Assembly (NCBI GenBank): GCA_050084985.1
Contig: JBITNC010000002.1
Coordinates: 34,286,001-34,350,000 of the forward strand
Reading direction: 5' to 3'
Origin: Nageia nagi
Taxonomy: Eukaryota > Plantae > Pinophyta
DNA: 64,000 nucleotides
The first letter of the stretch is position 1. Every line of letters begins with the position of its first letter. The notes under the pieces were generated by a model that was given only the letters and a program-made list of their open reading frames with translations, had not been told where the DNA came from and did no database searches. Below, piece by piece: positions 37,891 to 50,580 of this stretch. A program made the translations under genes and the position numbers.

Positions 37891-38549
37891 TATCTTATCT
37901 TTATGAAAAAAATAAAGAAGTGATTTTCTCATATATATTTCATGAGTCTCTCACCAGAGAATATCATCAAAGAAATGTTTAGTTCATGAACAATTCTCCA
38001 TTTAGATTCAATCAACTTATTTTAATTATTCTATTAAGAATGTAAAGCTCTATAAATTATTACAATCCTTTATAAACCCATTATTCAATCATTAGACTCT
38101 AAATATGCTACTTAGAAAAAGGACCATTTCATACACCTTATTCCATTATTATATATTCATTACCATTGTTTATATACATATTATTAAAAAAATTTAATTA
38201 AAATACCATGTTTCCCATTGTTCTTCAACTTCACAAGAGAATATAAAAAACATAACCTTAAAATGGATCTACATAATAATCATCACACATTATATACAAT
38301 AAAATAACAAAAATAAAATGCATAGAAAATTGTAGGATGGCAGATGATGGGATTCTCTATAGATATAGATGATGGGAGTCTCTGCATATTATTTTCATAT
38401 TATAACATATGTATCCATATAGATGCCTTACTCCATAATACTAAAAGATCTATATACACAAGATGATTAAAATATTTGCTTGTTGTAACTGAAATGCAAG
38501 TTAAATTTAAAAGTTAAATAAAAAAATAGACAAATGTATATCCTTGTAT

Positions 38550-41150
38550 CTTTTTAATAGAAACATGTTGGAAAGTAATGAAAGGAATCCAAGGAAATAG
38601 TACCATAAGACATAGTATATCTCATCAGCTATGTTAGTCATTCAGGTGATAAATAATGCACTATCAATAAGATGATGACACATCCTAATGAAAGTATAAG
38701 GGGGGATCGATACATGAATTTTTACATCAAATCCATAATGATTCTCATTCATCTAGTTGAACCTAGAAACTATCATAAGTATATAAAGAATTACCGTATT
38801 ATGAGAAACTAAAGAAGGGGTAATAACAAGTTTCATTAAACATTGTAAAGAACATGATGAAGAGTTATCTTTGAAAGTTGTATGATTAAGAAGAAAATGG
38901 TTAATAATAACATAATAAAAATAACATGCTCGCCTAACTAAAAAAAAAATGTTGTGGTGATAACCTTCCTTCTTAGAGGTCATCTACATGTGGCTCTTCT
39001 TCCATGTCATCCTTCATCTCCTCCATTGCTATCAATATTCCTTCTCTAGTCCTATTCCTTTCATTTTTATGGTCATATTTATTTAGCTAAACATAAGAGA
39101 TAATGAATGGTTAAGAAAAAATTGAACACATCTTAATTGTCTAAATAATTATGGAGATCAAGTAAAAATATGAATTTTACTCCTTTGAAGTTTATCTCAC
39201 TTACACATCAAAACCTAGCATATCACCATTAGGTTGCTATAAATTGTTATCCCATATCATAAAATCCCAAATCCATTCTTCCATTACATCAACATATCCA
39301 TTGGGAATGGGTAGCCTATAATCACTAATACGATAAACTATCACTTCTATCAAAATATGATCATACCCGATAGTGATACCATGATACTTGCTAGTAGGAT
39401 CATCATTGTGCACTATCTTAGACTCCACTATCATACCATCAAGATTGAGTAAATGCATATTTTGATTCTTTCTAATATCATTTCTACCCAATAAAATTTG
39501 TAAACAATCACAATCTCATGCTTTTGAGTTCATTAAGTGAGTTTATAATTAAAAAATCTAATTGCACTTAATACCAAGTAGAATTAAAAAGAATTAGTTA
39601 ACTCATTTTCATCCTCTTTTAACTCTTCAAGATCCAGAATTGATGATCATTGAATATCATGAAAATCCTATAAGAGAATACATCATCCTAATTATAGAAA
39701 AATAATAGAATCAAATCTCAAGTGGATAGAAGAACTATTGAAACTTAGAAAGCTAGAAGAAACACTAGTACTGGATCATTTTCTTGTTCATGAAGAAGCT
39801 AAAACTGTGAATAATCACCATTATTTGCTCCATAATTTTGAGAATCCTGTAAGAGAATAACAATTTTGAATAAATTATTATTGTTAATTAGAAGGTCTAA
39901 AAAATTATGTACTTAAGATAAATGTGAATGAATTCAATTTGAATGATAATCACATTCAGTGAGTAAAACTTTTTTGATGTGCAAGACATAAATTTTGATA
40001 TACTTTACTTTAGTTAAAAAATACTTGTTAATTTTTGAGCTAGTTACTAGTTTTGTTTGACTATGGTAATCCATGAAAAATTCTATCATTTAGTTTCATA
40101 CTTAAAAATTTCAATGAACTAGGAATGAGTTTGTAACCCTATAAAGATGAGGTTTGTCATTTTTCATTTTTGTTTGAATGGTTTAAGCTTTTTTTGAAGT
40201 TTGTTTAGCTATTCAATTTTATGCTAATGGAAACGAAAGTGAAAGAGACAACATTAAGATTAAATAGTTCATTTTTTAGTCTTTTTTAAAATTTAAATGT
40301 ATGTTCAAAAGAGTATAACTAATACAAATAGAACTCCTAAATGTTTTTTTGAATGCTCCATAAGAATTAGGAATAACAATTTATTGTAGCTAAGTAGAGG
40401 GTCTATTCATAGAATTTATTCAAACTTACCTCTTCATGGTGAAACACTTGTACTAGATCATTTGCTTGGTGATGAAAACAATCCCCATTATTTTCTCTAC
40501 AACTTTCAAATTCCTATAAGAGAATAACATGGAGTAGGAGTAATTAATTTAATTATTTTAATAAGAACCAAATACCTCAACATACCCCCTTGGTCAAAGT
40601 ATCCTTCACACTCAAAGTAACACATTCCTTTTTGAATTCACGTTTCTTATGAGACAATATTATAATATTTCTTCTTTCATCATTGTCATATTATTGAATC
40701 TCTTTGTCCATTTTTTGCTTTTATTGGTCTAACAAAGTTTTCTTATCACTAACAAAATTCTCATAGCAATGGCTTCCTACCACTTTATAAGTTTTAGTAT
40801 TAAGTTATCTCTTAAGCAATTTTTTTTGTATATTTCTTTTCATGATTTTTTAGGGTATAAGTGGATGGCTTACAGATTCTACTGGATAAGATATTGCTTT
40901 TTGGTAGAGAAGTAATTGATGCAACACCCTTATGTTCTTAAACTTTATGCTTGTTTAACCTCTTACAATAAGTACATCACTTTCCATTTAAAATTTCATA
41001 ATTATCAAGTAAGCAAAAGTATTGTATCCTATTAGCCTTCCTAGTAGCTAACCATTCTCCTTCCACACCCATTACATAAAGGTTTCTACTGTTAGGGATC
41101 TTGTGAAAGCTCCTAAATTCCTCACTAGTAAGTTATATGTGACCTTTATT
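38550..41150 (-). mobile_element. CACTA (En/Spm) TnpA/Tnp1-like spliced gene remnant
   Basis: ORF 39237-39491 LLNLDGMIVESKIVHNDDPTSKYHGITIG...LPIP...DFMIWD resembles the Tnp1/En/Spm-like domain; exon-intron-like alternation; termini not found. Confidence 0.55.
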
Positions 41151-43049
41151 ATTTTTTTGTAATGAATAATATAAGAATAACTATTTTTCCCATTGATTCA
41201 CAATAAAACAACAATATATACATGTAGTGTCTGTATAAAAAACTAGAAAATCAAATATGTAGAATTTAGAACATACCATTGTGAGCTATGATTTTAAATA
41301 ATATACTTCAAAAAAGTAATATGGATGAGTGTAGAATCTCTACAATTCAAAAAAATGATTCAAAAAGCATAATTGATTTAGTGTTTTCCCTTCAAATTAC
41401 CCTTTTCTTTCCTACATGATTCAACAAAATTTCAATAGCATTTCCATCATAAAATAGTCTTTTCAAAATTTTACACAATGGGAAATAAATAGATAGCTTA
41501 GCTATCATTATACTATTTAAATATAAATAAGTAGATTATAATTAATTCAAAACTATCTTACTTATTTCAAAACATAAATTTAAACAAGTTTGCAAACTTT
41601 AGCAATTTTTACAAAAAAGAGCAACTTTGAAATTTTTTCAACTTAACAAGTTTATTGAAAATTTTGATAAATCATACTAATTGGATAATACAACCTTGTA
41701 TCAATATCTTTTCAAAATATTTTTTTCATTTCAAGTTAACCCTTTTGACTAGTTGTAACATTCTTGGTAGTTTTTGCAATTTTCGCTTGTTGGCAATTTT
41801 TGCAGTTTTTCCCAATGTTAAATTTTTTTGTTCCAATATGTTCAACCTATTTAATGCTTTCTATAGGTTTACATAATAGTTTAATTTTCCCATATACTAT
41901 TCATTTTTAGCTATGGAAAAGTTTTTACAATTTTGTACACTTATACAACTTTTCTCAAAACTAACATTTTTTGTAATGTTTTGCACAACTTATCAATTTT
42001 TTTAATTAATACAATTTTAACAACTTCATGGTTGTATTACAATAGTTTTAACCCATGAAATACACATACTTTATATGGATGAGATAGTAACAATAACAAC
42101 ATATGTAGAGTTAACTTCTCATATAGTTGGGTTAGTAGCAATGACAATGTATGCAATGATAACAACTTTTGCAACTATAATGGTACAACAATTTAACATA
42201 TACATGAACACCAAATTTTACAATTTAAATGACATAAAAATGTAACATATACATGAACAACAACTTTTACAATTGTATTCAACACAACAATGTAAAATAT
42301 GCAAGGCTAACGATTTTCTTTAGTTGTGCTTTGAATAATATTTGTATATGTAAGGACAATAATTTTTACAAATTGTAAGAACTCAAAAATATCAATATAT
42401 ACAAAGTAGTAATTAGTTCATTTTTTGTAATGACACAACAAGATTAACATATGCTAACATAGTAACTATCACAATTGTATTTGGTACAACAAAATGGACA
42501 TGTGTATGAACAAAAAATTTACTAGTTGTAATGATAGTTTTATAAGGTGTTTTAAGGTAATACATATTTTTGACACAATGAATTTCAATACAATACAAGA
42601 TATTTTTTTGCACCAAAGAGACATAATATTAATTAGAACAAATTTATAGGCAACCTTCATTACTTTTCCTACCAATAAAACTTGATGCTTCTATTTATAC
42701 TTGTTTGTTTAGTGAATGTAAAATTCATAACAAGATGGGGCTTAGAATCCATAAATAAATAATTGGATGTAGGTTTCTTTCACATACAATTATGATAACA
42801 AACTCTTAAATATGTAAACACATGGACTATTATGATTCTAGTATATGTAAAAAATAGATTTTTTGAAAAAGGCTCTAGAGAGTTTTAATCATTTGCAATT
42901 GTCATGTGTAAAGCCAAGCTCTATAACCTTTGCCATCATTCTTCTAGCATGTGCCATTATTGAATGTTATGGTTGTTAATTCCATAATTTACATGCATAT
43001 AAACTATGAAATAATACATAAGGCCCAAAAATTTTACACTCCCAAATAA

Positions 43050-43240
43050 TTATACTTGCATTGTTAAACTTCTTGGTCATACAAGCTAACTTAAGGAAGC
43101 TTTGAACTTCATTATCAAGATGCCCATAAAACCTAAATCATATATATTGATATATTTTATTAATGCTTGTAGATAACATAATAATGTAGGAATTGGGGAT
43201 TTCATGATAAGAATCCTTTTTTGTTGGAGCTAATATAAGG
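43050..43240 (+). pseudogene. PPR S2/E-motif fragment
   Basis: YTCIVKLLGHTS*LKEALNFIIKMPIKPK...NACR*H. Confidence 0.8.
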
Positions 43241-43534
43241 ATTTTTTATATTTAAATATTTCAAATATCTCAACATCAAATATATCACCATTTAGCCTAA
43301 CATTTATAAGAATAAAAATATTATGGGTTGAATCACCAATATTTTAATTTTTTTTAATATAAATAATTTCAAATATCCACCTATATCTCCTATATTTTTG
43401 CAATAAATCTCCTTCAAATTAAAACTAATTTACTATTTATATGTAAAATAACCAATAATACATATATAAAGTTTATGAGATTCGGTCAGATATACCTACA
43501 TTTCAACTTTTCAAGTTCACTTAGATGCTTAACA

Positions 43535-44005
43535 CCTAAAGATTACATATTTTAGTCACCTAAAGGTTGCATATTCTTGAAAACTAAGAATTTTATGATC
43601 ATCCTTGAGGGATCATAGATGCTCATCTATAAGGGATTACAGATGCTCATTGGTTAGGGTATTTCAAATGACTATCATGTAAGGATTTTATATGCTCATC
43701 ATTAGGGTATTTTAGAAATTTATACACTCATAATTATTGGATTATATATGCTTGTCACTAAGGGATTACATATTCTCATCACTAAGGGATTGCATATGCT
43801 CATCTCAAAGGAATAAAAAATGATCATCCCTAAGGGATTGCAGACACTCATTCCTAAGGTATTACAAACTTTCATCATTGAGGGATTACAAATGATCATC
43901 CTTAAGGTATTGAAAATGCTCATCCCTAAGGGATTGTAGATGTTATTCCCCTAGGGATTATAGATGCTTATCCTTAAGGGATTGTAGACACTCATCTCTA
44001 AGGGA
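43535..44005 (+). repeat. 24-bp minisatellite, roughly 18-20 degenerate copies
   Basis: Consensus near cctaagggattacagatgctcatc; most regular at 43760-44005. Confidence 0.9.
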
Positions 44006-44329
44006 TGGCACTTAGTGGGAAAGGTAAGGAAAAGAAGTATGATAATCGACCTACAAATAAGATTATTGGAAAATATTTTACACCTAGAGAGACATCAAAA
44101 TCTTGTGATATGATAGTTAAAGGTTCTCTTCCACAATCCTTTATTATTTTTCTTTTACATATCAATAGTTAAATTTTTCATGAGTCATCATATGAATAGA
44201 AATATATTTGTATGTAGAAAACTCTATTGATCCTAATATGCCACCACTTGAAGATATTTTTAATGATGACATGCATCATACACTTGAGGTGGGTGTTACA
44301 ACTGCTCACATTCTCATAGAAATTTATAA

Positions 44330-45660
44330 TATCATACTTGATAAAGAAACTAAAAGTTAGTAAAAATGAAATCTATAAGAAGTGCTTCTCATAAATCTAA
44401 TAAAAAATAAAGTTGTTGATTTATTGGTAGATCATTTAAGGAAGAATGATCATTATGATTTTTGTTTACTATCTTAGTGATTCTTGAGAATGATGATCAA
44501 CCAACATAATGTAAATGTGATATTTATATATGGAAATTAGGAAGGGAACATAAGATGTAGCTTAAAATTGACACAATTGAAAAACATTGTGGAAAGGCAT
44601 ATGTGAAAATAATAGATCTAGATAGAACACTAAGAAAAGTTTAAATTGTAAAGAATGAGACTAAATATTTTTATAATAAATATGAAATTGAATATAATAA
44701 AATGATGGAAGAAAAAAAAATTATAAACAAACAAGCACCACTATTACAGCACAATACAAAAAAGCAAAATATAAAACTTTAGTTTCAAAAATTTTATAAT
44801 TTGTTGTTATATTTTAACTTCTTAAATAAGGTATACCAATAACAAATTTTTTTGATCATAAAACACTTTTTGATTTAGCATGTGTGAAACACCTTTCGAG
44901 TTCTTATTCATTTGATGGAAGTGATTGGAAAATGGTGAAATATCTTGCATTGGTGGAAAGAGAAGATTTGAAAAGAAATGTTAAAAATAGAAAATTCATT
45001 TCTTTATCCATTGATGAGGTAACTATAGTAGATAGCACATGTTAGGTTTGCATACATATTTACACATTCATAGAATATATTATACAACTACATTTGTTAA
45101 CAATACATATAATGAAAGAAGCTTGTAACTCAAAAAACCTTTACAATCTTTTTGTAAATAGTTTAAAAGAAATTGCTAATATGGATGATGAAAAAGTTGT
45201 AAGAAAGATAATATGTGTAGGTATAGATGGTGATTTATTAATGCAAGGGAATAGAAATGGACTTTCTATCTAATTTCAAACACCTATTGCTTCATACATG
45301 ATACATATTCATTGTATGGCTCATAGATTGAACCCTGCATACAAGATAGTAGCAACACATACTTTTGTATCCAAAGTAGTGGAATCAATAGATGAGGTAT
45401 ATGCATACTTTTCAAAAAGCTCTAAAAAGAATTTTGAATTCCAACAATTTGCACTAAAAAAATCTAATGGAAAAAGAATGTTAAAATGTATGGATATTAG
45501 ATGGATTTCAATGTTTAAATTGAAAGAAATTTTATTTCAAAAATATTGATTTTTGATAGGTTTTTTCCATCAAAATAGAATATATATTGATAGAGAAAAA
45601 TAATTGGTGTATCATGTAGTAGAATTTGAAACATTATTAATATTACATGGAATGATAAGA
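44330..45660 (+). pseudogene. hAT-superfamily (ZNF862-like) transposase, 3'-truncated
   Basis: FISLSIDEVTIVD, CVGIDGDLLMQG, IHIHCMAHRLN, YAYFSKSSKK, IRWISMF. Confidence 0.85.
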
Positions 45661-48569
45661 AAATGATAGCATATGAGGAAAATAAATGTTAGAAATCTAA
45701 GGGCCTTTGGATGCCCACTTTGCAATATCTAAAATATTGTTTGCATATGATAAGAAAATGATAGCAAGATAAAAATGGGGATATGGTTTAGATATTTTTC
45801 CTTTTTATGAAGTACCCAAAACATCAAATGATCTAAAAAATAAATATTTATAGAGGTTTTTAAGCTTTAGGTCCTTAATACCATAGAGCCAAGCAAGATG
45901 TGATTTACTTACTTGTAAACCACCAAGTCTTGAGTCAATAAAGAACTTGAAAATAGCTCAATGCCTATAATGGAAGCTAACATAAAACCCAAAATAATTT
46001 TTATAATGATTTAAACAAATTGAACTATTTTAGCCTAAGTCTACAAGAGACTAGCCTAGAAAAATAAAGTGCAACCATGCACAAGTGGGTTAGAAAATGA
46101 CCAAAATGAAGTGATTTGATTCTCTTAAGTGACATCTTATGCCTAAAAAAATACTTGAAACAATGTTAGTACCAATCAAAATAAAAATCACATGATTTTA
46201 CCCAACATTCCTTTACAAGATGAGGATAAGAATCATTTTTTTCCTTAGAAGTGATGGGTTGAGCTCACTTGGAAGGTACAAGCTGCAAACATTCGTGCAC
46301 ATAGTGGAGAGAAGGATGAACATGAAAGAACTCATGAGCTATTCATTGGTGATATTGTGAAATGATTTTAAAATCATATTTTTATTTTGATAGTGATCAA
46401 TTGGTGGGCCACTTATGGTTTTAATCCTAACTAGTTAGCAATTCCCCTAACTAGTTAGCCGATTAGGGTTAGGGTTGAACAAATGGTAACAAAGGGATAA
46501 GTAACCAAAATCAATCATGTGAACACTATAGAGTTGGGTTGATGGGTTGATAGCATCATGATGAAATGCAAGGTAGGGAAAATTATCATGAATTTCCTAT
46601 ATTAGGTGAATGAACAATTTTTAGGTATTTACATATTCCCCTTTTCATGTTAATTTTTACAAGATACGAAATGAAATTTCATGAGATGCAAAATATGATA
46701 TACAAACATGTGAAATTTGTGCAATGTGATGTTGATGTATTCTATGATGATAGGATCAACATAGTCATATTGAAGGTACATATGGATATAACACCTTGTG
46801 ATGCTAACACTATCATGTCATAACCAATCTACACTTCAATATAATGGGCTATAATACAAATAACATAGTTGTATGAAGGAGTACCTATTTCTATAATAGC
46901 TCATGATGCCAACACTATTGTATCATAACCAATTGCTACTCAATAAGATAAGATATGATATTGATGTAGTCATGGTAATAAAGATGCTAAAAATCAATTA
47001 TCATAAAATAGAACTAAAAATATAGTATATAATGATGCACCATAATCATATTGAAAGGATGCAATCACATAAAGAAACTAAGGAACAAAAGAAACTAATA
47101 TTTGCATTTCCCTAGTTGCTAAAGGGTAGAATAATATTTTTTTACCCCAACATTTGAATGATCAATGATTTTACTTTACTCTAGCAGTTAAAGGGTAAAA
47201 ATCATAATGATATAATCATATCAACTAGAGGCTCGTAGACCTACCAAGCATTTGTTTGTAGCATGCAAGCATGCATCACCTAAAAAAAATATCATGCTAA
47301 ATAGTAAATGATAAATATTTTTAAATGATAAAAATGATAACCAAAAATGCAATATGGGAATGCCAATTTTACAAGAAATTTATCACACCTATGGGGGCTC
47401 ATGATTGGGCGATGATGATTAGGAATATAAAAAAGATGGATGATTATGTTCCCTATAAACATAAAAATGGGATGAGGTCTAGAAAAGGGCCATAATCATC
47501 TTTCCAATCAAGGAGTGACAAAGGTTAAGTGGATTGATCAGAAGAAGGGGAAAATGATAGAATCAAAATAAACTAGTCTGCTGTAGGCTGACTAGGTCTA
47601 ACCAGTGGGATGACTAAGAGGATTGATCAACCAAATGAATAAAAATTGATTGATCAAAATGGAAATGGGATAAAAAAATCAATTCCATTTTTTCATTTAC
47701 ACACCTATCATTGATGGACTTGAGCTCTATCCAAGAGAAGATTTTATCACTTTCATGAGTTAGAGATGGACTTGGATTGATGAGGAGAGATGGCACCTAT
47801 CATGGGAGTATGAAAGGACTCACCACATGGCCCACTTGGAGGAGGATATGATCACCTACATAATTAGGTATTTAGCTAAAAAACTTATCCATTTTCAATT
47901 TTGGAAGTGTAGTTAATTACCTTACATCTAGTTTAATAGAGAAAATGAACTATGTTTTGAATTTTAGTTGTTAAATTTAGCTCAAAATGGATAAAACTAT
48001 AAGGTAAAATCAAAAACCATAGGGCATTAAATTTTTAACAAAATACTAGACGAAATTAGGAAAAATTATAGCAAAAATGATCATAAGTAATTTCAAAATA
48101 TTTTAGCTTATTTAGATTTTTAATTTTGTGCTTAGTTTTTTAATATTTTGTAAGTTTTGAAGCTTGAGACCATGGGTTTTAGCACCCCTATTTGGCTTTA
48201 TTAGCTGGTGGGGTGTATATTGTTACTAATTTAGGGGCCAATTGGCACCCCATGTGTTAAGCACTAGCTAGGTTGACATAGGATTGGTGAAATGGTTAGC
48301 CAATTCTCCAACTAATCTACCAACCAATCTGCAAGGAATTGGGTATGGAATCCTAATTGACATGTTACAAATTGATTAGATAAATTATGTAAAATGGATA
48401 AAATTTAGAAAATGAAATGATGAAATTTAATAAAGAAGGTAAGAACCAAACATGACATTAGAGACTAAACTAGCTAACATGATGTAGGATAAATCACAAA
48501 ATAAAGACTAACTTAAGATCAAGAGGATTAACTTAACAAAATATAGACACATTGATTTTGATTAGGAAG

Positions 48570-50580
48570 ACTAACATGATAGTTGCTTCAAATGGTGCTA
48601 GGAAATACCTAGCACAAGTTGAGATCAATATTGAGGAATGTACATAGGGTTCTTGATGAGGGAAAGTATGTGTGGTTGGATACCATAAAATTAGCCAACG
48701 TTGTGTGACTGCAAGTGATTATCATCGATGAAGCATATAGACAAACATTAGTGAAGTGTTAGGATGCCCAATGCAACATATTTCATTTCCTAATAAGGGA
48801 AATAAATATCACATTAGAGGATATGTAACACATATTTTTGGTTCCCATTGAGGGCATTATCATCACATAGGCCCCCTCAAAGAACGGGGTGATGCAGAGG
48901 ATATTCGAGGATGGGTAGATCATTAACATGACCAATGGAGGGGTTGATTATGATATATGATACAGTAATGGATTATTAAGTCTGCATGTAGTGATAGTCA
49001 TGAATATGATTAATTAATTCTTATTTTCAAATACTAACAATCATAGGTTCCCTTGGAACCTACTAGATGTGGTCAAAGATATAGTTGAGGAGGGTACCAT
49101 CTATTCCTGGGGGTTGACCATATTGCAGTGAACATAGTGATAGTTGGAAGATTAGTAATGAAGTTGGATGGGATTTACTACATCCTTGATAATATAGATA
49201 TGGGCATGAGAGCATGTGTAGGTGGCACAACCCCACAACTACTATATCATATAAATAAATAGTATCGAGGTAGAAGATCCAAAGGCACTTGTAGCAAGAG
49301 AGAGCTTCCCTATGCTAGGAGATGGGATAAGGCATGTATTCCTATCATCATAGCATATGGTACAGTCTATGAGATAAAAAAATCATCTATAGACCTTGGA
49401 AGAGAGCACTAGGTTGGGCCAAAAATATTGCGAAGTTGGTACATGTCAGGAGGTCCCATGATGTACATAAGAAGATACCTCAAGATATGGAGGTTTTTAG
49501 ATATAAATGAGTCATAAGATAATTTGGAATCTAGTAGGATATACCTAATAAGAAAGAGCTTTATAGGTAATTAGAGATATAACGGTACCTATTGAGATGA
49601 TGATATACTTCCCTAGGTGATGCACCTATCAAGGTCATCATAATACCTGATGTGAATGATATCGACACTATGATGGTATATGATGCATGATAGGCTCTAT
49701 AATGGGAGTGATTGGTCATAGGTGGGAGGTTATATGTGCCTCCGCCACCACTAGTGGCTGTAATAGTAGGACCACCTACATTAGGAGAGTTAGCAATATA
49801 GTAACCAATTGAGCAGGACCTAGATGAGATAGGAGGGGGGATCAAGGATCTTGGGTTTGATCAATGGGTTGAAATCATGGTTAGGGGTAGGAAACCCATA
49901 ATGTATAGTTGATCAAGAAGCACGATATGACTATGTTGGATAGAGACATGGATAGGATGGAGAGGGATATCACTCATCAAGAGCATCATATCATGATTAC
50001 AGAGTGAGATTCCCAACATGGAGAGAAGCATGTCATGGTTGTGGAAAGGTATGTGATTATTTAGGCTAGAGATGGATTATAGGTGTAGCTTCAAGCTACA
50101 CAAGAGGAGGTACAATGACTTACATAGCTCCTAGCATCTACATAAAGGATATAGGAAGGTACTCCATGAGAAAAGGTAAGAAATCATATAGATGAGGCAT
50201 TGGTACCCTAGATACAACATCAATTGGGCATGGAGAGATGGCAGAGAGAGGCTCCTAGTCTTCCAAGGTCAATTGTTCATAGTAGGTATTGTGGCATTAG
50301 ATCCAACATTAATAGGGCATAAACAGTCATAGAGATAGATGTAGACCAATAATGCCATATCATAGAAGAGCATGTATTGAGAGAGCATTAACCTTTCTAC
50401 CAAGATAGTCACATAGTATCCACTACATATGAGTACCTTTAGGATGCCCTATCCACCAAGGAGGTCCATCAAGGATAGTGACCAAGGTAGAGGGAGAGAT
50501 GGAGACCCCCCCTAGAAAGATGTAAGGATTTCATGGTGGAGGGGATGAGACCCCCACTGGTGGAAAAGGCTGAGACATAG
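48570..50580 (+). pseudogene. Highly decayed antisense PMD-like gene of the old Tat element
   Basis: GKYVW..(L)A near 48660; ILR..GTCQEVP near 49423-49458 (cf. RVLRQFG..Q.IP); followed by Gly-rich and E/R-rich coiled-coil-like stretches; same position and orientation as 13029-15311. Confidence 0.5.

Noticed and set aside
41400-42660. Structured repeat array
   Set aside because: Recurring acaac/tttttacaattgta words without a definable period; treated as degenerate low-complexity sequence.
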